The notes: generated from the letters alone by a model not told the origin. Numbered from the stretch's first letter, positions 38,338 through 49,867 are shown. The stretch: 64,000 nucleotides of DNA from a candidate division FCPU426 bacterium (GCA_963840035.1 CAWIXE010000002.1:480001-544000), one strand, 5' to 3'. Program-made: numbers and translations.

Positions 38338-39598
38338 AAACGGCACGGTAGTCGATCCCGCCAATAAAAAAGAGGAAAAGGCCGACATTCTTATAAACAA
38401 CGGCAAAATAGAAAAGGTCGCGAAATCCATAACTGACAAGGACGCGCAGGTCATTGACGCCGCGGGCAGGACCGTGATGCCGGGTTTTCTCGACATGCAC
38501 GTGCATTTCCGCGAACCCGGTTTTGAGTATAAGGAAACCATAGAGTCAGGCTCGCGCGCCGCGGCAAAAGGCGGATTCACGACAGTCGCATGCATGCCGA
38601 ATACTGACCCGGTAATAGACAACCAGGCCATGGTTGAATTCATAAATATGAAATCAAAGCAGGTCGGTTTAATTGACGTCAAAGCCATAGGCGCTATAAC
38701 AAAAGGCAGGGCAGGGCTTGAACTTGCGCCGATAGGCGAACTTTTTAAAGCGGGAGCGGTCGCGATATCGGACGACGGCTGTACCGTAATGAACGCCGAG
38801 ATTGTAAGGCGGGCAATGCAATACTGCAAAATGTTCGGTATGACGCTTATAGAACATTGTGAAGATGTGAATCTGGCTGGCGATAATACCGTAAATGAAG
38901 GTTACTTCGGTACTATGCTCGGATTAAAGGGCATACCGGCGTCAGCTGAAGAGTCAATCGTTGCGCGCGATATTATGATAGCCAGGGATACGCAGGGACG
39001 GCTGCATCTGGCGCATCTGTCAACGGCAGGCGCGGTAGAGATACTAAGGTGGGCAAAAAAACAGGGCATAAACGTAACCGCTGAAGTAGCCCCGCATCAT
39101 TTTGCGCTGGACGATTCGAACTTAGTATCATATGACACAAATTATAAGATGAACCCGCCGCTGCGCTCAAAAGCGGACGTGGAAGCCATGAAAAAAGGCT
39201 TAAAAGACGGCACCATAGACGTAATAGCCACGGACCACGCCCCGCACGCTGAACTGGACAAAAACGTCGAGTGGAACCAGGCGGCTTACGGTATAATCGG
39301 CCTTGAGACTGCTTTTCCTTTAATAATAACAGAATTGGTCGGTCCGGGAGTGTTGACGATTTCAGAGGCGGTTGAAAAAATAACAATCAATCCGGCAAAG
39401 ATATTGAACCTCGATAGGGGCACGCTTTCAGAAGGCAAGGAAGCGGATGTTGTAATAGCGGACATAAATAAGGAGTTTGAGGTAACTGAAAAGTTCTTTG
39501 GTTCCCGTTCCACTAACTCGCCATTCATCGGGCGGAAGCTAAAAGGCAGCATTGAGTGTGTGATTAAATCGGGTAAGGTGGTTTATAGTGGAGAGTAA
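38321..39598 (+). CDS. pyrC: Dihydroorotase
   Basis: [38 protein letters not shown]. Confidence 0.95.
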   Translation: MKLLIKNGTVVDPANKKEEKADILINNGKIEKVAKSITDKDAQVIDAAGRTVMPGFLDMHVHFREPGFEYKETIESGSRAAAKGGFTTVACMPNTDPVIDNQAMVEFINMKSKQVGLIDVKAIGAITKGRAGLELAPIGELFKAGAVAISDDGCTVMNAEIVRRAMQYCKMFGMTLIEHCEDVNLAGDNTVNEGYFGTMLGLKGIPASAEESIVARDIMIARDTQGRLHLAHLSTAGAVEILRWAKKQGINVTAEVAPHHFALDDSNLVSYDTNYKMNPPLRSKADVEAMKKGLKDGTIDVIATDHAPHAELDKNVEWNQAAYGIIGLETAFPLIITELVGPGVLTISEAVEKITINPAKILNLDRGTLSEGKEADVVIADINKEFEVTEKFFGSRSTNSPFIGRKLKGSIECVIKSGKVVYSGE

Positions 39599-39631
39599 GT
39601 AGGTGGTAAGTGATATGTGGTATGTGGTAAG
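39596..39631. repeat. Left heptamer arm flanking four-helix-bundle gene
   Basis: taagtag gtggtaa gtgatat gtggtat gtggtaa, starting at the pyrC stop. Confidence 0.8.
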
Positions 39632-39684
39632 GGAAAACTAAAAATATGACAGGACGTTTGGGCTTGAAAAATGGGGGGGCGCAA

Positions 39685-40059
39685 ATGAATGTTGTTAAGA
39701 GTTTTGAGGACCTTGAAGTGTGGAAAAAAGCAATAGATATATCTGATCTTACACATGCAATTGTAGATGATTTTCCAAAGCAGGCGATATGGACGCTGGG
39801 TACGCAGATGTTAAGGTCTTCTGTTTCTATAGGATCAAACATTGCAGAAGGATGCGAGCGCCAGCATACGCCGGAATACATACAATTTTGTTATATTGCC
39901 CTGGGATCATGTGCGGAACTATATACACAACTTATAATTGCAAAAAGAAGAAAGTATCTGCCTGAGGAAAAATATGATCAGATATCAGAAATGATCCAGC
40001 ATGAACGAAGAATGTTGCTGAATTTAACAAAAAGCCTGAAATTAAGAAGAAAACAGTAA
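39685..40059 (+). CDS. Four helix bundle protein (23S rRNA IVP/Avd-like family)
   Basis: SFEDLEVWKKA, FP, L..QMLRSSVSIGSNIAEG, F..IALGSCAELYTQL. Confidence 0.92.
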   Translation: MNVVKSFEDLEVWKKAIDISDLTHAIVDDFPKQAIWTLGTQMLRSSVSIGSNIAEGCERQHTPEYIQFCYIALGSCAELYTQLIIAKRRKYLPEEKYDQISEMIQHERRMLLNLTKSLKLRRKQ

Positions 40060-40079
40060 CGTAATAAAAGGTATGGCTG

Positions 40080-40107
40080 CTGGCACGTAGCACGTACCAC
40101 TTATCAC
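40080..40107. repeat. Right heptamer arm flanking four-helix-bundle gene
   Basis: ctggcac gtagcac gtaccac ttatcac, reverse-complementary in pattern to the left arm. Confidence 0.75.
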
Positions 40108-40142
40108 GTTCTTGTTTGAAACTAAGGAAACAAGGAGAACAT

Positions 40143-41288
40143 ATGAAAAAAGCAATGCTTATGCTTGAGGACGGCACGTGCTTTGAGGGCGTTTCTGCCG
40201 GCGCTGACGGGGAAACCTACGGCGAGATAGTTTTTAACACATCTATGATGGGTTATCAGGAAATTTTAACCGACCCTTCTTACCGCGGCCAGATTGTTAC
40301 CATGACTTACACGGAAATCGGCAATTACGGTATTAACGAGGATGACATAGAATCAGGAGAAGTGCAGGTCGAGGGTTTTGTTATGAAAGAGATAAGCAAA
40401 ATAAGGTCAAACTGGCGTTCGGGAATGACGCTGCAGGAATACCTGAGGAAGTATAAGATCGTCGCCATAGAAGGCATAGATACAAGGGCGTTGACCCGTC
40501 ATATCAGGGATTTTGGAGCCATGAAATCAGTGCTTTCAACAATTGACCTGAATAAAAAATCACTTCTAAAAAAAGTCAAGGCTTCCCAGTCCATAGTTGG
40601 TATTGACCTTGCAAAGGAAGTATCCACTAAGAGCCCTTATAAATGGAGCGAGAAGTTAAAGCCGGTCGGTATGATGGAAAAGGAATGCGACTATGTCAGG
40701 GTCGGGGTTAATAAGAAAAGGCTGAAAGTTGTGGCTTACGACTGCGGAATAAAGCACCACATACTGCGCATACTCGCGGACTTAAACTGCGAAGTGACGG
40801 TTGTGCCAATCACTGCCACAGCAGAGGAAGTATTAAGCTACAAACCGGACGGAATATTCATCTCAAACGGCCCGGGCGACCCGTCTGCTGTGCCTTATAT
40901 AGTGGAAGAACTCAAGAAACTGCTCGGAATAAAGCCGATATTCGGCATCTGCTTCGGCCACCAGTTGTTGGGCCAGGCTTTAGGAGGAGTTACCTACAAA
41001 TTGAAATTCGGACACAGAGGCGCGAACCATCCGGTAATGGCGATGGATACCAGGAAGATAGACATCACAGTTCAGAACCACGGTTTTGCTGTGGACCCCA
41101 AATCATTCAAAAAATCAAAGCATAAAGTTGAAATAACTCACATCAACCTGAACGACAGGACGGTAGAAGGTCTTGAAGTTAAAAAGCTGAAGGCCTTCTC
41201 TATACAGCATCATCCTGAAGCATCGGCAGGCCCACATGACGCACGGTATATCTTTAACAAATTCATAAAATATATGGCGAAAAACTAA
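40143..41288 (+). CDS. carA: Carbamoyl-phosphate synthase small subunit
   Basis: [38 protein letters not shown] 40143 after aaggag. Confidence 0.96.
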   Translation: MKKAMLMLEDGTCFEGVSAGADGETYGEIVFNTSMMGYQEILTDPSYRGQIVTMTYTEIGNYGINEDDIESGEVQVEGFVMKEISKIRSNWRSGMTLQEYLRKYKIVAIEGIDTRALTRHIRDFGAMKSVLSTIDLNKKSLLKKVKASQSIVGIDLAKEVSTKSPYKWSEKLKPVGMMEKECDYVRVGVNKKRLKVVAYDCGIKHHILRILADLNCEVTVVPITATAEEVLSYKPDGIFISNGPGDPSAVPYIVEELKKLLGIKPIFGICFGHQLLGQALGGVTYKLKFGHRGANHPVMAMDTRKIDITVQNHGFAVDPKSFKKSKHKVEITHINLNDRTVEGLEVKKLKAFSIQHHPEASAGPHDARYIFNKFIKYMAKN

Positions 41289-41308
41289 AATATAAAAGGA
41301 GCTACACC

Positions 41309-44300
41309 ATGCCCAAACGTACAGATATTAAAACGATACTCCTAATAGGTTCAGGCCCGATAGTTATAGGGCAGGCCTGCGAATTTGATTACTCGGGAAC
41401 ACAAGCCTGTAAGGCTTTAAAAGAAGAGGGCTACAGGGTTGTTCTTGTTAACTCCAACCCCGCGACTATCATGACTGACCCTGAATTCGCTGACGCTACA
41501 TATATAGAACCGTTGACAGTCGAAATGCTTGAAAAAATAGTGGCAAAGGAAAGGCCTGACGCCATACTGCCGACAGTGGGAGGGCAGACAGCTTTAAACC
41601 TTGCTACGGATTTTGTTAAAGCCGGGTTGGATAAGAAGTATAAGGTAGAGCTCATAGGCGCTAATTTCAAATCTATCCACAAAGCTGAAGACAGGCAGGA
41701 ATTTAAAAAAGCCATGAAGAAGATAGGTCTTGATGTGCCTAAAAGCGAATATGTCACGAACATGAAGCAAGCTATGGCAGCGGCTAAGAGGATAAAATTC
41801 CCAATAATCATAAGGCCCGCGTTTACCCTTGGTGGGACAGGCGGAGGCATAGCTTATAACGCTTCCGAGTATAAGGAAAAAGTAAACAGGGGTTTAAAAG
41901 ATTCTCCCATATCCAGCGTCCTGCTTGAAGAATCCGTGCTCGGCTGGAAAGAGTACGAACTCGAGGTAATGAGGGATTTAAAGGATAACGTCGTTATCAT
42001 ATGTTCCATTGAGAACTTCGACCCCATGGGCGTGCACACAGGCGACTCCATAACCGTAGCGCCTGCCCAGACTTTAACTGACCGCGAATATCAGTTTATG
42101 CGCGACGCGTCAGTGGCCATCATCAGGGAAATCGGGGTGGATACGGGCGGGTCAAATATCCAGTTCGCAGTAAATCCGGAAAATGGCAGGATGATAGTTA
42201 TTGAGATGAACCCGAGGGTATCGCGCTCTTCGGCGCTGGCGTCCAAAGCCACGGGATTCCCCATAGCAAAGATTGCGGCAAAGCTTGCCGTTGGATACAC
42301 GCTTGATGAGATTCCAAACGATATCACAAGGTACACACCGGCTTCGTTTGAGCCGACACTTGACTATGTCGTGGTCAAGATACCGCGATTTACATTTGAG
42401 AAATTCAAAGAGTCAAAAGATGAACTCGGCGTGCAGATGAAATCAGTCGGCGAAGTCATGGCCATCGGCAGGACATTCAAGGAATCCATGCAGAAGGCCC
42501 TGCGTTCAATGGAAGTGGGCAGGGCAGGCTGGGGTTCGGACGGCAAAGACCTTGACCTTTCGAAGCTGACAATGAAGGAGATAGAAAACAAGCTCGGCGT
42601 CCCGAACTCACAGAGGATTTATTACCTGAAATATGCCATGCAGAAGGGTATGACAGACGCGCAGATATTTAAGATTACCAAGTTTGACCCGTGGTTCCTC
42701 CAGAATATGAGGGAGATACTTAATATAGAGAACGACCTCAGAAAAACTGCAGCAAAAACAGGAAAGCTTACTGTTAAATCCGCGTTAAAAATAAAAGAAC
42801 AGTTATATAAGGCAAAGCAGAACGGATTTTCCGACATACAGCTCGGAGTGATTTTTGGGTTAAAGGAAGACGCTTTCAGGAACATCAGGCTCGCGCTTAA
42901 AATAAAGCCGGTTTATAAGATGGTTGACACCTGCGCCAGCGAGTTCAAGGCGTACACGCCGTACATGTATTCCACATACGACCAGGAAAACGAGAATCCC
43001 GTATCAAAAAAGAAAAAAGCCGTGATTTTAGGCGGCGGGCCCAACAGGATAGGCCAGGGCATAGAGTTTGATTATTGCTGCGTGCACAGCGTATTTGCCC
43101 TCAGGGAAGAAGGCTATGAAGTATCCATGGTTAACTGCAACCCCGAGACGGTCTCGACCGACTATGACACTTCTGACAAGCTTTACTTTGAACCGTTAAC
43201 CATGGAAGACGTTATGTCCATAGCCGATGAAGAGGGCAAAGACACCGGTTTTATCGCGCAGTTCGGCGGACAGACGCCGCTGAAGCTGGCCATGCCGCTT
43301 TATAACAAGAAAATAAAGATCATGGGGACTTCGCCCGTATCCATAGACATTGCCGAGGACAGGGAGAAATTCGACAAGATCCTGACAAAGTTAAATATCA
43401 ACAGGCCGGAAAACGGCACCGCCTTCTCATTAAAAGAAGCGTGGGTAATAATCAGGCGTATAGGCTATCCCGCGCTTGTGAGGCCGTCGTATGTTTTGGG
43501 CGGCAGGGCCATGGAAATAGTTTATGACGATGAGACTTTTGAAAAATACGCCAAGGAAGCTTTTATAGTTTCGGAGAAACATCCGGTACTCATCGATAAG
43601 TTCCTGGAAGACGCCATTGAAGTGGATGTGGACTGCGTATGCGACGGAAAGGAAGCGGTCGTATGCGGTATCATGGAGCATATTGAGGAAGCGGGAATTC
43701 ATTCAGGCGACTCGGCATGCGTGTTGCCGGCTTTGACATTAAGGCAGGATACCATAAACAAGATAAGGGAATATACGTATAAGATGGCCCTTGAATTAAA
43801 TGTCATCGGGCTTATGAATGTGCAATACGCGGTAAGAAACGACCAGGTATATGTCCTTGAAGTCAACCCCCGCGCGTCACGCACCGTGCCGTTTGTCTCA
43901 AAAGCAACCGGAATACCGTGGGCAAAGATAGCCACAAAGATAATGGCAGGAAGGTCCATAAAATCTCTGAAGATAAAGGAAAACCTGGACCTGCCGCACA
44001 TAGCGGTCAAGGAATCCGTATTCCCGTTCAATAAATTCGCCGGGGCAGATACCGTGCTCGGGCCTGAAATGAAGTCAACGGGCGAAGTAATGGGTATAGA
44101 CACGGATTTTGGCAGGGCGTATTACAAAGCGCAGATAGCGGCCGGACAGAAACTGCCTCTTAAGGGAAATGTCTTTGTAAGCGTAAAGAATAAAGACAAG
44201 CGTGACATAGTTTTTGTGGTAAAAAAGCTTGAAGACCTGGGATTTGGCATAGTCGCCACTGAAGGCACCGCGAACGCCTTAAGGCGTTACGGCATAAAGG

Positions 44301-44575
44301 TTGAAAAGGTAAACAAGGTCCTTGAAAAAGCGCCGACAATCCTCGACCTTATCAAGGCCGGGAAAGTGAACCTGATAATCAACACGCCCATAGGCAAAGG
44401 CCCGAAGAGCGACGACTATAAAATCAGGACGCTTGCGATAACCGCGGGCGTGCCATATACGACCACCATGTCAGGCGCACAGGCAGTAGTAGCCGCGATA
44501 GAGGCGGTAACAAAGAAAGGTTTAGAAGTAAAGCCACTGCAGGAGTATTATAAGCCGTATAAAGCGGCAAAATAG
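41309..44575 (+). CDS. carB: Carbamoyl-phosphate synthase large subunit
   Basis: [47 protein letters not shown] domain. Confidence 0.97.
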   Translation: MPKRTDIKTILLIGSGPIVIGQACEFDYSGTQACKALKEEGYRVVLVNSNPATIMTDPEFADATYIEPLTVEMLEKIVAKERPDAILPTVGGQTALNLATDFVKAGLDKKYKVELIGANFKSIHKAEDRQEFKKAMKKIGLDVPKSEYVTNMKQAMAAAKRIKFPIIIRPAFTLGGTGGGIAYNASEYKEKVNRGLKDSPISSVLLEESVLGWKEYELEVMRDLKDNVVIICSIENFDPMGVHTGDSITVAPAQTLTDREYQFMRDASVAIIREIGVDTGGSNIQFAVNPENGRMIVIEMNPRVSRSSALASKATGFPIAKIAAKLAVGYTLDEIPNDITRYTPASFEPTLDYVVVKIPRFTFEKFKESKDELGVQMKSVGEVMAIGRTFKESMQKALRSMEVGRAGWGSDGKDLDLSKLTMKEIENKLGVPNSQRIYYLKYAMQKGMTDAQIFKITKFDPWFLQNMREILNIENDLRKTAAKTGKLTVKSALKIKEQLYKAKQNGFSDIQLGVIFGLKEDAFRNIRLALKIKPVYKMVDTCASEFKAYTPYMYSTYDQENENPVSKKKKAVILGGGPNRIGQGIEFDYCCVHSVFALREEGYEVSMVNCNPETVSTDYDTSDKLYFEPLTMEDVMSIADEEGKDTGFIAQFGGQTPLKLAMPLYNKKIKIMGTSPVSIDIAEDREKFDKILTKLNINRPENGTAFSLKEAWVIIRRIGYPALVRPSYVLGGRAMEIVYDDETFEKYAKEAFIVSEKHPVLIDKFLEDAIEVDVDCVCDGKEAVVCGIMEHIEEAGIHSGDSACVLPALTLRQDTINKIREYTYKMALELNVIGLMNVQYAVRNDQVYVLEVNPRASRTVPFVSKATGIPWAKIATKIMAGRSIKSLKIKENLDLPHIAVKESVFPFNKFAGADTVLGPEMKSTGEVMGIDTDFGRAYYKAQIAAGQKLPLKGNVFVSVKNKDKRDIVFVVKKLEDLGFGIVATEGTANALRRYGIKVEKVNKVLEKAPTILDLIKAGKVNLIINTPIGKGPKSDDYKIRTLAITAGVPYTTTMSGAQAVVAAIEAVTKKGLEVKPLQEYYKPYKAAK

Positions 44576-44599
44576 TTCGGAACTGGATCTTTGAGATTT

Positions 44600-44678
44600 G
44601 TAGGGGCGATTCACGAATCGCCCAAACGCTGACAATTTATACCGAAACCCTTGTAGGGGCGGCCCCGTGTGGCCGCCC
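44600..44678. repeat. Two tandem GTAG-REP palindromes between carB and pyrK
   Basis: gtaggggcgattcacgaatcgccc (identical to 35535 and 35884) and gtaggggcggccccgtgtggccgccc. Confidence 0.8.
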
Positions 44679-44690
44679 GAAGGATGGACA

Positions 44691-45467
44691 ATGAAGTACA
44701 CAGGCAAAGTAACAAAAAACACAGAGATTGCTGAAAACATATGGAAAATGGAAATTTCCACAGGCAAGGTTTTTAAATCCAAACCGGGGCAGTTTATAAA
44801 CATCCTGGTCAATGATACCTATGAACCGCTTCTCAGGCGCCCGTTCTCGATTTACGACGCCACAAATAAGTCTGTTACGGTCGTGTATAAGGTCATAGGA
44901 CAGGGAACAAAAGCGATGACGGAAAAGAAACCTGGCAACAAACTCGATTTTATCGGACCGTTGGGTAACTCGTACCTGGACTTTAAATCACAAATCTCAA
45001 ATCCCAAATCCCAAATTGTAATTATCGGCGGCGGCACAGGCGCTGCTTCTACGTACTACCTCGCCAAATACCTCAAATCAAAGAAAATTAAATTCAAATT
45101 CATCCAGGGAGCACGCTGCAAATCTCAGATGGTAGCTGTCCCTGAATTTAAAAAAATCGGGTGTGTCTTTGCCACTGATGACGGTACTCTGGGGAAAAAG
45201 GGCTTTGTCAGCGATATTTTAAAAGATACACTTGAAGATGATTCAACAATATTCACGTGCGGGCCCAAGCCCATGTTTAAGGCAATAAAGACTGTAGCTG
45301 ACTCTAAAAACCGGGTAAAAGTATTCGCTTCGTTTGAGGAATATATGGGGTGTGGTATTGGCGCATGTGTGTCGTGCGTGGTGGAGATAAAAATGGGCGA
45401 TACGAATGAGTACAAGCGCGTCTGTAAAGACGGCACTATTTTTGACCTGAATGATGTGGCTTTTTAA
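44691..45467 (+). CDS. pyrK: Dihydroorotate dehydrogenase electron transfer subunit
   Basis: PGQF, LRRPFS, GPLGN, TCGPKPM, MGCGIGACVSC..RVCKDG. Confidence 0.92.
   Translation: MKYTGKVTKNTEIAENIWKMEISTGKVFKSKPGQFINILVNDTYEPLLRRPFSIYDATNKSVTVVYKVIGQGTKAMTEKKPGNKLDFIGPLGNSYLDFKSQISNPKSQIVIIGGGTGAASTYYLAKYLKSKKIKFKFIQGARCKSQMVAVPEFKKIGCVFATDDGTLGKKGFVSDILKDTLEDDSTIFTCGPKPMFKAIKTVADSKNRVKVFASFEEYMGCGIGACVSCVVEIKMGDTNEYKRVCKDGTIFDLNDVAF
44985..45017. repeat. In-frame heptamer run inside pyrK
   Basis: aaatcac aaatctc aaatccc aaatccc aaatt, encoding KSQISNPKSQI. Confidence 0.75.
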
Positions 45468-45486
45468 ATCAATATGGAGATGATAA

Positions 45487-46404
45487 ATGGCTGTAAAAGT
45501 TAGCACAAAAGTAACCATAGCAGGCCTTGAGTTCCGTAACCCCGTTATGACCGCCTCAGGAACATTTGGCTACGGACTTGAGTTCGCGGAATACATGGAC
45601 TTAAGCTCTATTGGCGCGATTGTGACCAAAGGCCTGGCCATCAAACCGGTCAAAGGCAACGCGCCGCAGAGGCTTGTGGAAACTACAGCAGGAATTATCA
45701 ACGCGATAGGCCTCCAGAATATAGGCGTTGACGCGTTTCTAAAGGACAAATTGCCAAAACTGAAAACATATAAAACTCCAATAATTGCCAATCTTTACGG
45801 CACATCCGTGGAAGAATACGTTGCGGTGGCTGAAAAACTCGAAGGCACTGAAGTCGCGGGGGTTGAGGTAAACATATCTTGTCCTAATGTAAAAAAAGGC
45901 GGCCTTGCCTTTGCCGCGGACAGGGACGCCATAAAAGGGATACTTGAGGGCGTCAAGAAAGTATATTCAAAACCCGTAATAATAAAACTTTCCCCGAACG
46001 TCGGGCCGCTTGACGGCATAGCGAAATTTTGCGAGGACCATGGCGCGGATGCGCTGTCCCTGATAAATACGCTTGTGGGAATGTCCATAGACCTTGAAAA
46101 ACGCAGGCCGCGCATCGCCAATATTTACGGCGGCTTGTCAGGCCCGGCTATAAAGCCTGTAGCGCTTGCATTTGTCCATAAGATATCAAAAGTTGTAAAG
46201 ATCCCGCTGATAGGCATCGGCGGCATCATGACAGCCACGGACGCCCTTGAGTTTATGGTTGCCGGCGCCACAGCAATACAGGTAGGCACGGCAAACTTCC
46301 GCGACCCGGCGGCATCAGAGGCCATAGCAAAAGGTATGAGGGATTATATGGTCAAGAATAAGATAAGGGATATAAAAGAAATAATAGGGAGCCTTAAGGT
46401 TTGA
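45487..46404 (+). CDS. pyrD: Dihydroorotate dehydrogenase family 1B catalytic subunit
   Basis: ASGTFG, NAIGLQN, VNISCPNV, KLSPN, GGLSGPAIKP, VGTANF. Confidence 0.95.
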   Translation: MAVKVSTKVTIAGLEFRNPVMTASGTFGYGLEFAEYMDLSSIGAIVTKGLAIKPVKGNAPQRLVETTAGIINAIGLQNIGVDAFLKDKLPKLKTYKTPIIANLYGTSVEEYVAVAEKLEGTEVAGVEVNISCPNVKKGGLAFAADRDAIKGILEGVKKVYSKPVIIKLSPNVGPLDGIAKFCEDHGADALSLINTLVGMSIDLEKRRPRIANIYGGLSGPAIKPVALAFVHKISKVVKIPLIGIGGIMTATDALEFMVAGATAIQVGTANFRDPAASEAIAKGMRDYMVKNKIRDIKEIIGSLKV

Positions 46405-47261
46405 TGAAACGTTTCCTCGGCGCGCTCATAATAGTTATAACTTTCGCTTCTTTTTCAACTGCGTCAGATGCCTTTGTGCTTCTTGACACCAATGTTGTTA
46501 AAGAAGGCGGCATCATCAAGATAAAGATATTCTGCGAAAAACCGCTGCGCGCGGCCGAGATAGAGTTCAACGGCAATACCTATTCCGCTTTTTTCAAACA
46601 GTTTGATATAAAAGAAAACTATTTCATTTTTAACTCCATTATCCCGGTAAAGCTCGGGACCAGCGGCCGTAAAAACCTTACCATCAAGTACCTGCTCCAG
46701 AACGGCGGGGAGCGGGAGACAAAGGAAAAGATCAAAGTTAAGGCCATGATGGAAAAGAAAGTGGAGATAAACACGGGCCAGGTAAATGACGAATTTAACA
46801 GCCAGCTAAAAACCGACGGCAAGGCAATCTACTCTGTCCAGGGCCCGATAACCCCCATTAAGTATAATTTCCCGTTTATCATGCCGGTAACGGCAACGGT
46901 CAGCGGCGGTTTCGGGGACTCGCGTAATTATGATAACGGTCAGGGGCAGTGGAGGCATAAAGGAATAGACCTAGCCGCAAAAAAAGGTACGCCTGTTCAT
47001 GCTGATAATAATGGAACCATAGTTGGCGCGTTTTCCACAAAAACATACGGTAATACTGTTATACTTGACCACGGTGCCGGAATTTATTCGCTATTTTTTC
47101 ACCTCTCAAAAGTATACGTAAAAAAAGGCGCTGTTGTCAGTAAGGGTGATATTATCGCCACGGTGGGTGATTCAGGTTTGTCCACCGGGCCGCACCTTCA
47201 CTGGCAGATTTGTGTCTTTAAGACACCGGTCAATCCGATGGAATTTTTAACGGACTTTTAA
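46404..47261 (+). CDS. M23 family metallopeptidase, exported
   Basis: Signal peptide; HKGID, YGNTV..DHG, TGPHLHW. Confidence 0.9.
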   Translation: MKRFLGALIIVITFASFSTASDAFVLLDTNVVKEGGIIKIKIFCEKPLRAAEIEFNGNTYSAFFKQFDIKENYFIFNSIIPVKLGTSGRKNLTIKYLLQNGGERETKEKIKVKAMMEKKVEINTGQVNDEFNSQLKTDGKAIYSVQGPITPIKYNFPFIMPVTATVSGGFGDSRNYDNGQGQWRHKGIDLAAKKGTPVHADNNGTIVGAFSTKTYGNTVILDHGAGIYSLFFHLSKVYVKKGAVVSKGDIIATVGDSGLSTGPHLHWQICVFKTPVNPMEFLTDF

Positions 47262-47359
47262 AATACCGGCAAGCTGTAAAAAGTCGGATCTGTCTTATGA
47301 TTTCAGCGGAATGACGGGGGATATTAATTTCAGCATAAGTTTCTAATTTAAACATCATC

Positions 47360-47390
47360 AAAAAATGGGCGGGAAACCGCCCCTTTTTTA
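47360..47390. terminator. Bidirectional terminator between convergent genes
   Basis: aaaaaat gggcgg gaaa ccgccc c tttttt. Confidence 0.7.
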
Positions 47391-47446
47391 TTTTATAAAT
47401 AAGACATGAGATAGGAAACGGGAGTAAAACAAAACCTTTATTTGAG

Positions 47447-49276
47447 TCAAAAATCTACACCCTTGCGCACAAACACAACAATCCGTTTTGTCCGTAAATA
47501 CTGGTGATAGTTGATCTTTATAAAATTACCTGCGCTGAGCGCGTCTGTGCGGGAGTCATTAAAAAGTATATAAATGTCGGAGTTATTATATGGCAAAGGC
47601 ACGTATACAAACCTTCTGGAAGATACGTGGGGCAGGAGGTTGTAATCTGCTGAAACTGTGTATTTTGCCGGTATTTTTGCCATGAACTTCAGCGCCTCTT
47701 TATCTATGTCGTGCGGGATGTGCCTGAAACAGCCTGTCCATCCGTTATAAAAATACTGATTGTATGACGGCGGAGCTTCATTTGGGCCTACCCAGGTGAG
47801 CTTGTATGATTTTGAAAAGAAGCTGCCGTAAAGGAATGACCACATGAGTGAAAAAATAAGGATAAAACCAAGCGCGGCATTGCGCCGGGGCAGGTTGTCG
47901 TCGTGTTTTCTCGCGGCATGAATAAAAGTATAAAACATCGCGGCAACAAGCAGGGTGCCATGCTGGAAGCCTGAGGTGAAATGCGGGGTGTGGCTTGATA
48001 AAACGGTAAAAATAAGCCCCGGGGCCAGCAGTATCATGTTTTCAAGCGCCGCAAAACTTAAGAACAGGAATGGCGCGAAGGTTATAATCAGGAATTCAAT
48101 TTTTGCCTTCTGCAGAATATTCATAAGCGTATATACCGGATTGATGAAGATGAGCGAAATAACGCCCGCCGAATCCGGCGTGAAATAACTGAACCTGAGC
48201 AGGTCTTCGTTTGTTTTGCCAAGTGCTTTAAGCACGAGCGTGTCGGTGGTTAACAGGATAGCTCCTGCCCCGAGCAGCAGAATCGCGTTTTTCAGGCTGA
48301 GTTTTTTTATGGACAGGAAATATAGCGGCAAAAACATGGCGCCAAACGCCGCGTCCTCACGGACAAAGAATATTAAAAAGTATGATAACGCAAAAAGTTT
48401 TGTCTTTCCGCTTTCGGCCGCGTAAAAGCAGGCCATGAAAAGCGGCAACGCCGCGGTTATGGGGTGAAAATCGCTTAACATCATGTTCTGCACGCCCGGG
48501 TGGAGCAGGAATGCCGCTGACACAACAGCCGCGGCAGGCGCGCTGCGGAAGGATTTATCGGCGGTCAGATAAGCAAACAGGCCTGCCGCGCCGATAAAAA
48601 ATACCTGAAGCACAAGCAGGAATTCAGGCCGGGGAAAGAGCCTGTAAAACGGGGCAAACAAGTAATATATAAATGCCGTGTGGTCGCCGAAATTATTGGG
48701 CGATGTGCCCATGGTGGTAAACGGTATGCCTGTCTGTGAGAGGTTGTACATTGCCTGGTTTTCCCAGCCAAGGTCAAAACAGTTTGATAATAGCGCCGCG
48801 TGGCGCGTAAGGCAAAGCCATATGAAATATGAAACATAAACGGCGAGGAAGGCGTAAAAAGCATATTTGTATATTTTGCCGCCTGTTTTTAACTGCGGCA
48901 GCACTGGCGCAAGTTTTAAAATATAAAAGGAAAGTCCGGCTGTTATAATCAGTGTCATGAAGATATTCTGGTATTCAAACCATGAGTTGTCAAAAACCTG
49001 CCACGCCAGGATTGATGCCAGCGTTGCCGATACAGCGTGCATGAAAAGAAAATAGCCGCGTGAATATAGAAAAAAAGCGGCTATTGATGTTACGGCAAAA
49101 CAGGCAAGCAGCGCGTATTTGTCCGCGAGTGTGTCATACTGCATGATGTTCTGCAGAAGAAAACCCGGGGCCGGGGTTGACTTTGAGACGGCTCCGTATA
49201 TGAAATAAGCGCATGTAAGTGAAAAAAGGTATGAGATAAAAACAGAAAAAAGCCTGCCGTATGGTTTATTTGTCAA
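47447..49276 (-). CDS. DUF2079-like polytopic membrane protein (GT-C-like)
   Basis: FDLG..NQAMYN, FGDH, LLVLQ, DFHP, VRED, LPHVSSRR. Confidence 0.7.
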   Translation of the reverse strand: MTNKPYGRLFSVFISYLFSLTCAYFIYGAVSKSTPAPGFLLQNIMQYDTLADKYALLACFAVTSIAAFFLYSRGYFLFMHAVSATLASILAWQVFDNSWFEYQNIFMTLIITAGLSFYILKLAPVLPQLKTGGKIYKYAFYAFLAVYVSYFIWLCLTRHAALLSNCFDLGWENQAMYNLSQTGIPFTTMGTSPNNFGDHTAFIYYLFAPFYRLFPRPEFLLVLQVFFIGAAGLFAYLTADKSFRSAPAAAVVSAAFLLHPGVQNMMLSDFHPITAALPLFMACFYAAESGKTKLFALSYFLIFFVREDAAFGAMFLPLYFLSIKKLSLKNAILLLGAGAILLTTDTLVLKALGKTNEDLLRFSYFTPDSAGVISLIFINPVYTLMNILQKAKIEFLIITFAPFLFLSFAALENMILLAPGLIFTVLSSHTPHFTSGFQHGTLLVAAMFYTFIHAARKHDDNLPRRNAALGFILIFSLMWSFLYGSFFSKSYKLTWVGPNEAPPSYNQYFYNGWTGCFRHIPHDIDKEALKFMAKIPAKYTVSADYNLLPHVSSRRFVYVPLPYNNSDIYILFNDSRTDALSAGNFIKINYHQYLRTKRIVVFVRKGVDF

Positions 49277-49288
49277 ATGAACACCGGA

Positions 49289-49867
49289 TTAGATTGCCGC
49301 TTCTTGTGTGAATACCATGCTGTTAATGGCTGTTGAAACGAATTCCCGGTCGTAGTCGCGCAGCTCGGGGTGGAAGTATTTTTCCCATCTTTTAACCCTG
49401 GTAGGGGATATGACGTTGGAATAAACCAGGAACTTCGGTTCGTGCGGCTCTTTCATAAGGCGCATACCGGCTTCTTTAAGCGGCCTGTCGCCCTTTTTGT
49501 TATTACAGGAATGGCAGGCGGTGACAACATTGAACCAGTTTGTCTTGCCGCCCTTTGACTTTGGTATGATATGGTCTATGGTCGGTTTGGGGGTGTGTTT
49601 GCCGCAATACTGGCAGTGGAAATTATCCCTTATGAAGACTGCTTTTTTAGAAAATTTGGGGGCTATGTAGGGTTTTCTTACATAGTAGGCTATTTGTATG
49701 ACAGATGGGAGCCTTACCTTTGCCCGTACAGTGGAGATAAAGGAAATGCCTTCCTCGACAGAATGGGCTTTTTTGGAAAATAGCAGTTTAAGGGCGCGGC
49801 GAGGGTTGACCACCGTCAAAGGCTCAAATGTGGTGTTCAGAAGCAGTACGCTTTGATCTGACTCCAT
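49289..49867 (-). CDS. HNH endonuclease family protein
   Basis: VLLLNTTFEPL, RDNFHCQYCG, TIDHIIPKSKGG, NVVTACHSCNNKKG. Confidence 0.92.
   Translation of the reverse strand: MESDQSVLLLNTTFEPLTVVNPRRALKLLFSKKAHSVEEGISFISTVRAKVRLPSVIQIAYYVRKPYIAPKFSKKAVFIRDNFHCQYCGKHTPKPTIDHIIPKSKGGKTNWFNVVTACHSCNNKKGDRPLKEAGMRLMKEPHEPKFLVYSNVISPTRVKRWEKYFHPELRDYDREFVSTAINSMVFTQEAAI

Noticed and set aside
39685..40059. Diversity-generating retroelement suggested by the Avd-like protein
   Set aside because: No reverse transcriptase and no TR/VR pair with adenine-specific mismatches seen in the window.
49289..49867. HNH gene as a homing endonuclease or restriction system
   Set aside because: It matches a widespread stand-alone HNH type; no intron, methylase or element boundaries are visible.
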